DNA from: a virus
Lineage: Duplodnaviria; Caudoviricetes
DNA length: 55,554 bases
Direction: 5' to 3' (one strand)
Virus record (IMG/VR): IMGVR_UViG_3300033148_006010
Location: 1 to 55,554 of that record
Part shown: in pieces, positions 36,068 to 45,710 of the stretch
Position numbering within the stretch: the stretch's first letter is position 1
How the letters are laid out: every line of letters begins with the position of its first letter
The notes under the pieces: generated by a model
Told to the model about the DNA's origin: nothing
Seen by the model: only the letters and a program-made list of their open reading frames with translations
Database searches by the model: none
Position numbers and translations under genes: made by a program

Positions 36068-36828
36068 TGAATAATAGAGATATGTATTTTTTATCGAAGA
36101 ATTATATTAATAGTGATGATACTATTAATGTATCTTCAGGTGATGATTATAAATCTTATATTTACGACCAGAATAAATCTGTACAATGGGAAAGTTCTGG
36201 CGAAACAAGTGAAACTGGATATGATACTTATATAGAAATTATTTTTTATGAGGGATTGAGTACTGTTAATAGAACTTATGATACTATTGTTTTACAAAAT
36301 ATAAATCTTAAAAAGTTTAAGTTACAAAATTACAATGGTTCTTATGCAGATATTTCGGGGGCAAGTTATACAGTTAATGCAGATAGTACAGTTAGAATTA
36401 AATTGGCTTCTTCTGTTACTGGCAGTAGAATTAAATTATTAATGCAAAGCACAATCAGTTCAGGAGAAGAAAAGAAAGTAGGACAGTTTTGGGTAATGCT
36501 TGAAACCTATCAATTACAAAATCCTAGAACTACTAGGAGTAGACAGGTTGAAGTTGAAGGAGATTTTTATCGTTTGGGTGATGGCACTGGAGAACAATGG
36601 AGTATATATGAAAAGTGGAATAAAAAATATACATTTAAATATTTATCAGATACGCAAATAGATGAACTTTATGATATTTATAATGAGCACGAAGAATTTA
36701 GTTTTTACGAAGATTATACAAGAGATATTGATTCGATTAGATTGGTACATTGGATAGGAAAATTTAAAGATAAAGATGATGCCAGAGTGGAATTACATAC
36801 ATTAAATATGGAGCTTGTGGAATTATGA
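36067..36828 (+). CDS. Distal tail protein candidate
   Basis: Coupled to the tape measure gene; beta-rich. Confidence 0.6.
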   Translation: MNNRDMYFLSKNYINSDDTINVSSGDDYKSYIYDQNKSVQWESSGETSETGYDTYIEIIFYEGLSTVNRTYDTIVLQNINLKKFKLQNYNGSYADISGASYTVNADSTVRIKLASSVTGSRIKLLMQSTISSGEEKKVGQFWVMLETYQLQNPRTTRSRQVEVEGDFYRLGDGTGEQWSIYEKWNKKYTFKYLSDTQIDELYDIYNEHEEFSFYEDYTRDIDSIRLVHWIGKFKDKDDARVELHTLNMELVEL

Positions 36829-39641
36829 AATCAGTTAGTAATGATTTTCTTAATGTACAAAATAAACATGGAATAAAATATTTCTATGAGATATATTTAT
36901 ATCGTAGATATTGGAATGGTTCTAGTTATATATGGGAAGAATCTGGTACGAATTTAAAACCTTATTTAAAAGAAAGAGGAATTGCTAATATAAAATGGGC
37001 ATTAGATACAGAAGGTTTAAATGTGTGGCGTGTTGCAAATTTACAAATTGAATTACGAAACAAAGTAGGAAAGTTCGAGGAAGGTGGTGGATTTTTTGCT
37101 TCTCCTTATATTCGTTATCGTTCTAAAATTCAAATAAAAGTTGGCTATACTTTAGCAGATGGTACGACGGAAACTTGTTATATTTTTTCTGGTTTTATTA
37201 ATAAAGATGTGAAACAAAATGTATTGGAAGAAACTATAATCTTTCCTTTAATGGGAAAAGATATTCTATTGTCTGAGACTTCTGCTGAAAACGTATGTAA
37301 TAGTGTTACTGGTGAGAATATAGGAATAGGAGATAATTCTACTACAGAATTTACTACAACTTATAACGGAGTTGGTAAAGTAATTAAAGTCTATGTTGAT
37401 GGTGTTGAAGTTACGGAAGGTAAGGATTATACGATTAGTGATTTAAATACATATGCAAGTCCTGCTAAGATTACTTTTGAAGTAGCTCCTTCTACTGGAC
37501 AAGCTATAACTTGTGATTATAACCATTGGTATAAAGACCAGACAATTTCTTATATAGTAGGAAAATTACTTGATAAAGCGGGTTTTACTTCTGGAGAAAG
37601 AACATTAGGAAGTATGGTTTTTGATTATGGTAGAAAATATAAAGTATGGGATACTAAAACTCAATTTGAAGCTACTGCTGTAAGAAGTAGAAATTTAGAT
37701 ACTACAGTTGTAGAAGGGAATGTACAGCTTAAAGAAGAAGATATGAGTGATGATGTAGAAACGAATGAAAATGTTACTATAAATGATTCTTATCCAGACC
37801 AAACGGCAGAAATTAATAATACAGACGATAATTGGGATATTAATTTTGATTGTGATGATACTCCAGAAAATGAAGGTTGGAATAAAACTGTATATTATGG
37901 CGGTCTTTCTACTGAAGAATCTACTGATGGAAAATATCATTTGGTATGTAATGCTCTTACAAGTATTGAATATAAAGTTAGTATTGATAATACACAATTA
38001 AGTTGTTTTAAATGTAAATTAAATAATGCAGTAGCAAATAATTCTTTTAGTTTTAAAATTGAAGGTGGTGCTTATAAAATTACAGCAGTTCTTTTATATT
38101 ATGGGGGAGATTGGTTAGCTTATTTTAGTGAAATTGGGTCAGGAACTAATGTTAATTTGAGTAAAATTATACAAGAAACTGGTGCTAGTTGGAATAATTA
38201 TCATACATTTGATGTTATGATAACTGATAGTGGTGTAGCTCATTTATATGTAGATGGAATTGATGTATTGTCTGGTAATGCATCTTCTTCTGTTTTAGCT
38301 GATAATTATACTTGGACAATTGATGGTAATTCTGGATTTGAGATTTATATAGATTATATTAAAGGATGTTATGATGAAGGTGTTTCTCCAGGTCATATAA
38401 TTAGAGGGGTTTTAATTTCTGATCCAATAGATTTAGGAGTGGCTCCAGCTTCGGTTAGCAATATTGGTAATCCGTTTTTAGATTATACTTCTGGAGGTAC
38501 AAATTCTTACCTTACTATTGCAATTCAAACAAGTGATTCATCAGATTTTTCATCTGGTAATGATGATTGGATGATTGCTACTGTTAGTGCTGGGGTTGTT
38601 ACTATTAATCCTAATACTGCTTTAAAAAGATATATTAGATGGCAAATAAGTATGACAGAAATTGATGATGTCTCTCCTTCAAGTCCTACATTAAATGAAA
38701 TTATTATGCCTGGGCATATGCTCTCAGAGAATATAGACTGTAGTGCTGATATTACTGCTTATAATTTATTTCAAAATTGGGGTGTAGATGAAAATGGTAC
38801 TAGAGTGTATTATTCTCAAAGTTCATCAGATGCTTCAAGTTGGGATTCTGAAGTGGTTATTTCTGGGACTACAATTTCTTCTACCGTAAAAAGATATATA
38901 AGATTTAGAACTGTTTTAACTATGACTACTACATATGGTACAACTCCTAAAGTATATAAACAAAAATTTACAAGAACTCAAGATACTTTTAATATAGCAT
39001 TAGCAAATTTTACTGATATGACAGTACAAGAAGCATTGGAAGAAATAGCGGAATTTCTTGATTTTGAAATAGGTATAGATACAGAAGGAAAATATTTTTT
39101 TCGAGCTAAAAATACAAGTGAAAGTATAGATTTAGAACTTGCTCAAAATACAAATATAATAGCAGTAGATAACTTTAATGCTGGATGGAGCAGGGTTAAA
39201 AATAGAATTAATGTAGAACATGGAGATTTTAAACGATTAATGACTTGTGAGAGTGAAGGAGATAGTGAGCCTACTAGCAAACAAAAATATGGTGAACAAG
39301 CATTAGAAATTTCAGATGCAACAATCGGAGTTGATGAAGATTTAGATATTGCTTATGGACTTGCTTATTTATATAGAACACGTTATAAAGACCCTAAAAA
39401 ATCAATGCGTTTGGTATGTAAAATGCTTCCTCAATTAGAACTTTCTGATACAGTAAATGTTAATTTTAAAGTACCTAAATGGTTATGGTTTTGGGGGCAG
39501 AAAGATGCTTATTGGGGAAAACCTACTATTTACTGGTGGGATAAAAATATTTTTCCGTTGATAGATGTAGTATGTAATGTAGTGGGAATTGAATTGGATT
39601 TAAAAAATTTTAGAAGTTATATAACTGTTCGGGAGATATAA
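36825..39641 (+). CDS. Tail tip/hub protein with inserted beta-sandwich (lectin-like) domains
   Basis: 938 aa; hub-like ends (SKQKYGEQ, PQLELSDTV) around a WNNYHTF...LYVDG...IDYI region. Confidence 0.7.
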   Translation: MKSVSNDFLNVQNKHGIKYFYEIYLYRRYWNGSSYIWEESGTNLKPYLKERGIANIKWALDTEGLNVWRVANLQIELRNKVGKFEEGGGFFASPYIRYRSKIQIKVGYTLADGTTETCYIFSGFINKDVKQNVLEETIIFPLMGKDILLSETSAENVCNSVTGENIGIGDNSTTEFTTTYNGVGKVIKVYVDGVEVTEGKDYTISDLNTYASPAKITFEVAPSTGQAITCDYNHWYKDQTISYIVGKLLDKAGFTSGERTLGSMVFDYGRKYKVWDTKTQFEATAVRSRNLDTTVVEGNVQLKEEDMSDDVETNENVTINDSYPDQTAEINNTDDNWDINFDCDDTPENEGWNKTVYYGGLSTEESTDGKYHLVCNALTSIEYKVSIDNTQLSCFKCKLNNAVANNSFSFKIEGGAYKITAVLLYYGGDWLAYFSEIGSGTNVNLSKIIQETGASWNNYHTFDVMITDSGVAHLYVDGIDVLSGNASSSVLADNYTWTIDGNSGFEIYIDYIKGCYDEGVSPGHIIRGVLISDPIDLGVAPASVSNIGNPFLDYTSGGTNSYLTIAIQTSDSSDFSSGNDDWMIATVSAGVVTINPNTALKRYIRWQISMTEIDDVSPSSPTLNEIIMPGHMLSENIDCSADITAYNLFQNWGVDENGTRVYYSQSSSDASSWDSEVVISGTTISSTVKRYIRFRTVLTMTTTYGTTPKVYKQKFTRTQDTFNIALANFTDMTVQEALEEIAEFLDFEIGIDTEGKYFFRAKNTSESIDLELAQNTNIIAVDNFNAGWSRVKNRINVEHGDFKRLMTCESEGDSEPTSKQKYGEQALEISDATIGVDEDLDIAYGLAYLYRTRYKDPKKSMRLVCKMLPQLELSDTVNVNFKVPKWLWFWGQKDAYWGKPTIYWWDKNIFPLIDVVCNVVGIELDLKNFRSYITVREI

Positions 39642-39643
39642 TT

Positions 39644-39886
39644 ATGGCTAATGATGTGTCAATGCCTCATACGCTTGCAAATGGAGAAGGGAATATTCCA
39701 GATGCAGATGAATTAAATGATAATTTTGATAAATGTAATGATAAAATTTATGTAAGTGCAACCGCTCCCACAAGTCCGTATGAAGGGCAAATGTGGTATA
39801 AAACAGGTGTCGCTATACAAATTGCATTAAGAGTTTACGATGGTTCAAATTGGTATTCACTTATGACAGGAGGGCAGGTAGAATGA
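39644..39886 (+). CDS. Short tail-fibre anchor-like protein
   Basis: ADELNDNF and SATAPTSPYEGQMWY...LRVYDGSNW motifs usually found in fibre N-terminal parts. Confidence 0.65.
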   Translation: MANDVSMPHTLANGEGNIPDADELNDNFDKCNDKIYVSATAPTSPYEGQMWYKTGVAIQIALRVYDGSNWYSLMTGGQVE

Positions 39887-40920
39887 AAAAATGTTTATTA
39901 GTTTTAGGGTTATTGCTCATAACTTCTAAAATTTGTGCATTAACACCTTATACAATAGAATATGATACTACTACAACACCGACTTCAATGATTCAAAGAA
40001 TGGCTGGAGAATTTCGCATAGGTAATTCTACAGTAACTTATACTGTATTATTTTCTAGCTATAGTTGTACTTTTGATAATACTGTTACTTTTAGTGTTCA
40101 AGGTACAGGTTCTTTTAATAATCTTACTGCTACAGGAACAATTACACTTCCTTCAGCAAGTTTAGATGGTGCTGATATTAAAAATGATGAGGTTACTGAT
40201 ACACAGCTACAATATAATACAGGACAACATTTAACTTCTGTAAGTACTCCTACATTTGCACAGATAGATACTGGTCAGGGTGCTACTGAGGTTTATGAAA
40301 TGAATCAAAATGTTACTACAACATCTACCCCTACTTTTTCAGGAGCATCTATTTCTTCTTTAACCATAACTGAAGCATTTACATTTCCATTATCAGATGG
40401 AATATCAAATCAATATATGAAAACAGATGGAGATGGAACTATTTCTTGGGCTTCATTAACGGGTATGTTATCAAATGGAACTACTACGAATAATTGCATA
40501 TATTGGGATGGTGCATCTTGGAGTGAAACAGATAGTTTACAAAATGCAGGAAGCGGTGGAGTAACAACGATAAATAGAGTATTGATTTCAAGTTCAATCG
40601 GAGATGCGACGCCTGTAGCAAATACCATCTATCAAGAAAGTTTAATAAAGGGTTGGATTCAGATGGATCAGATAGCAGGAACAATTACAAATAGTTTTAA
40701 TGTATCTAGTATTACAGACCACGGTGCGGGTGATTTCTCGATTATATGGGATACAAATTTTGCAAATGCCGCTTATGCCTGTGTTGCCACATCGCAGACT
40801 AAAGATTTTGCCACCATAATATCAATGGGTGTTGGTGATGTTCGAGTCAAGTCAATCAAAGACGACGGCTCGGCTACAGATAGAGCTATATTTTGTGTTA
40901 TAGCCATAGGAGATCAATAA
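39883..40920 (+). CDS. Tail-fibre-like protein with N-terminal signal peptide
   Basis: ATG 39883 in ATGA overlap with GGAGG RBS; MKKCLLVLGLLLITSKICA; two STPTF repeats; DG..NQYMKTDGDGTISW; C-terminal KGW...SFNVSSITDHGAGDF...FANAAY domain. Confidence 0.8.
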   Translation: MKKCLLVLGLLLITSKICALTPYTIEYDTTTTPTSMIQRMAGEFRIGNSTVTYTVLFSSYSCTFDNTVTFSVQGTGSFNNLTATGTITLPSASLDGADIKNDEVTDTQLQYNTGQHLTSVSTPTFAQIDTGQGATEVYEMNQNVTTTSTPTFSGASISSLTITEAFTFPLSDGISNQYMKTDGDGTISWASLTGMLSNGTTTNNCIYWDGASWSETDSLQNAGSGGVTTINRVLISSSIGDATPVANTIYQESLIKGWIQMDQIAGTITNSFNVSSITDHGAGDFSIIWDTNFANAAYACVATSQTKDFATIISMGVGDVRVKSIKDDGSATDRAIFCVIAIGDQ

Positions 40921-41291
40921 TGAAAAAATATATATTATTAGTTTGTTGTTTTTGTGCGTCTTTTTTGTCGGCTGAACATAAACTACTGCCGAAAGTTAGG
41001 GTATTCTGCAATCCAGACAATACTATTTCAGTTACATATTTTATAGATAAGGCAAAAAATGCAAATGAATCCGATTCGGAGTTCATGGATAGGGAAACCG
41101 AAGAAAACTTTTATGGGTTGCCTTATATAGATATGTATCCAAAAGATTTGCCATCCGGAGAAACAAGACATCAATGGAGATGGCGAGAAGTGAAAGGACA
41201 AAAAGAAATATGGATTGATACATCTATAGAGAAACCAAAATCTAAAATACAGCTTTTGGAAGAAAGAATCAAGGCATTAGAGGCGAAATAA
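40920..41291 (+). CDS. Fibre partner/chaperone-like protein with signal peptide
   Basis: TAATG coupling and AGGAG RBS; MKKYILLVCCFCASFLSA; DLPS...R..WRW motif; terminal coiled coil. Confidence 0.65.
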   Translation: MKKYILLVCCFCASFLSAEHKLLPKVRVFCNPDNTISVTYFIDKAKNANESDSEFMDRETEENFYGLPYIDMYPKDLPSGETRHQWRWREVKGQKEIWIDTSIEKPKSKIQLLEERIKALEAK

Positions 41292-41360
41292 TGGACATCA
41301 AAACCAAAAAGAAACTTCTCTTATATTTATATATTTATTTTAGAGATTTAGGAGGAATAG

Positions 41361-41621
41361 ATGAATAGTCGAGATAGAAAATATATTAAAGACTTAATAG
41401 AGCCAGTTAATTTAAAAATAAATTTTGTTAAAGAAACAGTTGAAGATATTAAAAAAGCAGTTAATCCAAAATTAGAAAAACACGAAAATAGAATACAAAC
41501 CTTAGAAGATATACATTGTATGCAAGGTAAATTTTGGAAAAGATTTTGGCAAATTACTGCTTCTTGTGCAGGGTTAGGTATATTAATTGTAGCAATAATA
41601 ACTTTAATTAGGAGTATATAA
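41361..41621 (+). CDS. Holin-like protein (coiled coil + C-terminal TM, XhlA-like)
   Basis: AGGAGG RBS; HENRIQTLE; single TM; coupled to the endolysin. Confidence 0.6.
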   Translation: MNSRDRKYIKDLIEPVNLKINFVKETVEDIKKAVNPKLEKHENRIQTLEDIHCMQGKFWKRFWQITASCAGLGILIVAIITLIRSI

Positions 41622-42223
41622 TGGTTACAAAATATGTATTAAGAAATAAACCAAAATATATTATTATACATCATTCTTTAAGTCCTGATAAAAGTACGAG
41701 GGATTGGGAAGGATTAAGAAAATATCATTTAGAAAAAGGATGGTTAGATATAGGTTATCATTATGGATTTGAAAAAATAGATAAAAGTTATATGATAAGA
41801 ACAGGTAGACCCCAAAATGTAGAAGCGGCACATGCTTTAGGTTTTAATAATAAAAGCATAGGTATTTGTATCGTTGGTAATTTTGATTTAGAAACTCCTA
41901 TAAAAAAAGGATTTTTGTTTTCTTTAGGTTGTTTCGTAAGAGAATTACAACGTAAATATCAGATTAAAGCTAAAAACGTACTAGCACATAGAGAAACATA
42001 TCTTATTTTAGAAAAGGAAAATAGATTTGATATTTTAAAACGATTGGAATGGAAATCATGTTGTGGAAAATTATTTAGTATGACGAAATTTAGGGCTAGA
42101 TTAATTCAAAACAATCCTCATCAAAATTCGTTTAGTGAACAGGGCTTACTAAATGCATTATTTTATGATAAGGAATTAGAAGCACGAAATAAAATAATAG
42201 AGAATAAAGGAGTTAATATATGA
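41621..42223 (+). CDS. Endolysin, N-acetylmuramoyl-L-alanine amidase (Amidase_2 / T7 lysozyme-like)
   Basis: IIIHHS, DIGYHY, AHA.G.N..SIGIC.VGNF, HRE, KSCCG. Confidence 0.93.
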   Translation: MVTKYVLRNKPKYIIIHHSLSPDKSTRDWEGLRKYHLEKGWLDIGYHYGFEKIDKSYMIRTGRPQNVEAAHALGFNNKSIGICIVGNFDLETPIKKGFLFSLGCFVRELQRKYQIKAKNVLAHRETYLILEKENRFDILKRLEWKSCCGKLFSMTKFRARLIQNNPHQNSFSEQGLLNALFYDKELEARNKIIENKGVNI

Positions 42224-42756
42224 ATATACGATATATAATATATAGTATTTCGAATTCGATTTTACTTTTATTTTTACTTACTTTATGGGGGTGTGGGGGG
42301 AATAAAAGCTTACTTAATCCTGAACTTACTTTATTTAAAGCACAAGCTCAAAAAGATTTAGTAGCTGGGGTTAAAAATGAGGTTAAGGAAGTGAAGGCAC
42401 AAATGGATAGTTTGGTTAAGGCACAAGTTAATTTACAATCGCAGATAGATTCGGAAGTCGAAGCTAGATTTAATACTCAAGCTGGATTTAATAATAGGCA
42501 AGATGAAACGAATATACAATCTGGTAGAGATACGACTACAGTTACTAATGATACTAATTTAATGAAGTATATAATTTATGCCCTTAGTTCTTTATGTATG
42601 ACACTTATAATAGGGCTTATAACGTGCTTAAAGATGTTTATTAAGTTAGGCAAACGGAAAGACTTTTATAAAGAACAGACTTTGTTACATGCACAATCTG
42701 AAGAAGCGATTAAACAATTAAGAGAATTGCATGATTCATATATCAGTAAAAAATAA
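42220..42756 (+). CDS. Unimolecular spanin candidate
   Basis: Lipobox-like LWGC after a hydrophobic leader, coiled coil, C-terminal TM followed by basic residues; follows endolysin. Confidence 0.6.
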   Translation: MNIRYIIYSISNSILLLFLLTLWGCGGNKSLLNPELTLFKAQAQKDLVAGVKNEVKEVKAQMDSLVKAQVNLQSQIDSEVEARFNTQAGFNNRQDETNIQSGRDTTTVTNDTNLMKYIIYALSSLCMTLIIGLITCLKMFIKLGKRKDFYKEQTLLHAQSEEAIKQLRELHDSYISKK

Positions 42757-42759
42757 CGC

Positions 42760-42788
42760 TTGACAAGTATATTGAAATTTACTATAGT
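42760..42788 (+). promoter_or_regulatory. Sigma70-type promoter for the accessory operon
   Basis: TTGACA (42760-42765) - 17 bp - TATAGT (42783-42788). Confidence 0.8.
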
Positions 42789-42800
42789 AATATTACATTT

Positions 42801-43394
42801 ATGGGAAAAAAATATTTAACCCTTCCGAGTTTCCCTATAATCAAACCTGAAGAATTAAACCCTCTTGATGTTTGTTTTAATCTTGATACTAATAAGTTTA
42901 CAGCATGGGGAGAACATACTTTTAGGAAATATCCTTATAAGCAAGTTCCTACTCATGCTTATTTTCATATTAGGCATCAGATAATATTAAACGTAGGCCT
43001 ATGTGGAGTTTATATAGATTATCTTAGTACATATCTTAATAAGAGTCATGCAATATTAGTTATACATTTTAAAGATAGTGGTTGGAATATAGAAAATAAA
43101 TTAATTGACGTGTGTTTTCATGAATTTATAAAAAGCAAAAAATTATTACATTATGATTTTGGTGGTTATGGCAGTTTTATCCCGTTTTTAAATAAGATTT
43201 TTAAATCTAGTAAAAAGTTAGATTTTTGTAGTGATAATGTGGTTGATAATGGGCAAGCTGTAGAGTATAAATTTTTTAATGGTTTAGATAGCGAGCATAC
43301 TTCTCCTGCCGATTTATTATTAAGAGCGTTAAAATCTAATGATGATAATGTAGAAGTTAGATTATTAAAACCTAAAGGGGTTTATAATGGCTAG
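42801..43394 (+). CDS. Permuted papain-like NlpC/P60 enzyme (YiiX/YebB-like)
   Basis: His before Cys: PTHAY ... YDF ... FCSD ... SPADL. Confidence 0.7.
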   Translation: MGKKYLTLPSFPIIKPEELNPLDVCFNLDTNKFTAWGEHTFRKYPYKQVPTHAYFHIRHQIILNVGLCGVYIDYLSTYLNKSHAILVIHFKDSGWNIENKLIDVCFHEFIKSKKLLHYDFGGYGSFIPFLNKIFKSSKKLDFCSDNVVDNGQAVEYKFFNGLDSEHTSPADLLLRALKSNDDNVEVRLLKPKGVYNG

Positions 43395-44754
43395 AACAAG
43401 TCATAATGGTGATTTTTGGTTAAGAAATAATAACGAAAAATTGAATGACTTAAAACATTTAGTAAGAGTAGCTCCACAATTAAGTGATAGTCAATTAGCA
43501 CAACAATTAGGTAGTAATAAGCAAGCTATAAGGAGAGCAAGACAAAGATATAATATTTGGAGAGTAAGTAATAATCGAGCAGAAAGAGAAAATACAAATG
43601 GTATTCTTGTAGATAAACAACAAAATCATCTTATTGCTGATATAATAATAAAGTCTAAAAAAGGTAAAAAACCTACTATTAAAGATGCATTAAATAATCC
43701 AAAATTTAGAGAGATACTTAAAACTGGATGTATAGATTTAAATAAATATGAAATATCAAGATTTGTTACTAATAGTTGGGACGTTACAAATAGGAAAGGA
43801 GAAAGATTTACTAATTATCAGTTTAAAATATGGTGGACATTAAAAATTCCTAATATTCTTTTAAGTGTTTTTGAAGAAATAGAAAAAAATATAGCTAAAA
43901 AAAGTCAAAGTTGTAATAAAAAAATATACAATAAAAATGCAAAAAGAATGATTGAAATATCGTTATATGATTTACATTATGGAATGTTATCGTGGAGTAG
44001 AGAAACAGGAGAGGATTATGATTTAAAAATTGCTAGAAATGTATATGAAAATGCTATTAGTCAAATTATTGATAGAGTTAAAAATATAGAAGTAGATTAT
44101 TTTTTATTCCCTATAGGTAATGATTTTTTACATGTTAACAATATTACGAACAAGACTCCGACAGCAGAACACTCACTTGATGTAGATAGTAGATTAGTGA
44201 AAATTATATCTGAATCAGAATATATGTTAAGAGATAGTATTAATCAGTTAAAAAAAATTGCTCCTGTGAAATTGTTTTGGGTTCCTGGAAATCATGATCC
44301 ACAAACAAGTTATTATTTATTAAGAATGTTAGGTAATTTTTTTCATAATGATATCAATGTAGAGGTTGATACAAGTCCTAAGCCTCGTAAATACAAAGTA
44401 TATGGTAAATGTTTAATTGGATTTATGCATGGATGTACTGAATCAAATAGAAAAAATTGGGCTTTAATGATGGCAGATGAAGAGCCTGATTTGTGGAAAT
44501 CAGACCAGTATCGTGAAATACATACAGGGCATCAGCATAGAAAAAATGAATTAGTTTATCATTCTGCATCTACTCATGGTGGAGTTACAATAAGGATTAT
44601 TCCTTCAATTTGTGCTACGGATTTTTGGCATTATACTAAAGGTTTTACGAAAACTTCCAAAACTGCACAATTCTTTGTATGGAATAAAGATTATGGATTA
44701 GAAAGTATTCAAGATATTCATATCAGAATGGATTTATATAAAAAGAAAAAATAA
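43387..44754 (+). CDS. HTH + calcineurin-like metallophosphoesterase
   Basis: N-terminal SDSQLAQQLG HTH; DLHYG, GND, PGNHD, HG, GHQH. Confidence 0.88.
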   Translation: MARTSHNGDFWLRNNNEKLNDLKHLVRVAPQLSDSQLAQQLGSNKQAIRRARQRYNIWRVSNNRAERENTNGILVDKQQNHLIADIIIKSKKGKKPTIKDALNNPKFREILKTGCIDLNKYEISRFVTNSWDVTNRKGERFTNYQFKIWWTLKIPNILLSVFEEIEKNIAKKSQSCNKKIYNKNAKRMIEISLYDLHYGMLSWSRETGEDYDLKIARNVYENAISQIIDRVKNIEVDYFLFPIGNDFLHVNNITNKTPTAEHSLDVDSRLVKIISESEYMLRDSINQLKKIAPVKLFWVPGNHDPQTSYYLLRMLGNFFHNDINVEVDTSPKPRKYKVYGKCLIGFMHGCTESNRKNWALMMADEEPDLWKSDQYREIHTGHQHRKNELVYHSASTHGGVTIRIIPSICATDFWHYTKGFTKTSKTAQFFVWNKDYGLESIQDIHIRMDLYKKKK

Positions 44755-44757
44755 TAT

Positions 44758-45048
44758 ATGAAAACTGTTTTAGAGATAGAACAGACTCTGCCTCGAAATA
44801 AAAATGAAATTGAATCTAAAGGTGGTAATTATAGCGACCTTGAAAGTTCAGGACTTATACAGCATAAAATTTGGATAGATGAAACAAAAGATATTTATGA
44901 ACGAATAGATAGTATATATCATGAATTTACGCATTTCTTATATTCTTTTTTTGAGTTAGAAGAACCAGTTTGTTATAATGCAGGCCAAAAAGCGGCGGAA
45001 GAATTTAAAAAACATGTAGCAAGATTAAGACGTGAGAGGAAAAAATGA
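44758..45048 (+). CDS. Small HEXXH metallopeptidase-like protein
   Basis: IWID...SIYHEFTH...EE. Confidence 0.6.
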   Translation: MKTVLEIEQTLPRNKNEIESKGGNYSDLESSGLIQHKIWIDETKDIYERIDSIYHEFTHFLYSFFELEEPVCYNAGQKAAEEFKKHVARLRRERKK

Positions 45049-45710
45049 AAGTTAGTATTGTTATGCCTACTTATAATATGCAAAATACAATAGATAGGGC
45101 TATTGATAGTATTATTAAACAAACTTATAAAGACTGGGAATTAATAATTGTTAATGATGGCAGCATAGATTATACTGATGATTTAGTAAAAGAATATATA
45201 GAAAAAGATAATCGAATAAGATTGTGTTCTTTATATCAAAATCAAGGAAGGGCAAATGCTTATAATATAGGTATCGTTCAAGCTAAAGCCGATTTAATAG
45301 CAATTCATAATGCTGATGATGTTTATTATCCTAAGAAAATTGAAAAGCAAATTGTAATATTCACATGGAATAAGATTTTAGATGTTTTAGGTACAGGGTT
45401 AAAAATACCAAAATACAATAAGAAAGAAATTGCCCCTCATCAAGTAACTGCCGAGATATATAAACATATGATGATTAATCATGCTACTATAATGTTCAAG
45501 AAAAAGTGGTTTTATAAAGTAGGTGGTTATGATACTAAATTTAAAAGATGTGTAGATTGGGATTTTTGTTGTAAGTTATTTGATGCTGGAGCTGTAATGC
45601 AAAGTATAAATACTATTTTGTATGTTTGGTATCCGAATATAAATACAGATGGATATAATGAATCGGTTGATGCTGTAAGAAAAAAATGGGAGTATAAGAC
45701 AAAAAAATGA
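45045..45710 (+). CDS. GT2 glycosyltransferase
   Basis: VSIVMPTYN, VNDGS, NADD, GGYD, DWDF. Confidence 0.93.
   Translation: MKVSIVMPTYNMQNTIDRAIDSIIKQTYKDWELIIVNDGSIDYTDDLVKEYIEKDNRIRLCSLYQNQGRANAYNIGIVQAKADLIAIHNADDVYYPKKIEKQIVIFTWNKILDVLGTGLKIPKYNKKEIAPHQVTAEIYKHMMINHATIMFKKKWFYKVGGYDTKFKRCVDWDFCCKLFDAGAVMQSINTILYVWYPNINTDGYNESVDAVRKKWEYKTKK

Noticed and set aside
37783-38001. 72 aa + strand ORF nested in the tail tip gene
   Set aside because: Alternate-frame by-product with no RBS or motif
24327-41291. Diversity-generating retroelement or invertase acting on the fibre genes
   Set aside because: No reverse transcriptase, recombinase, template/variable repeat pair or inverted cassette was seen
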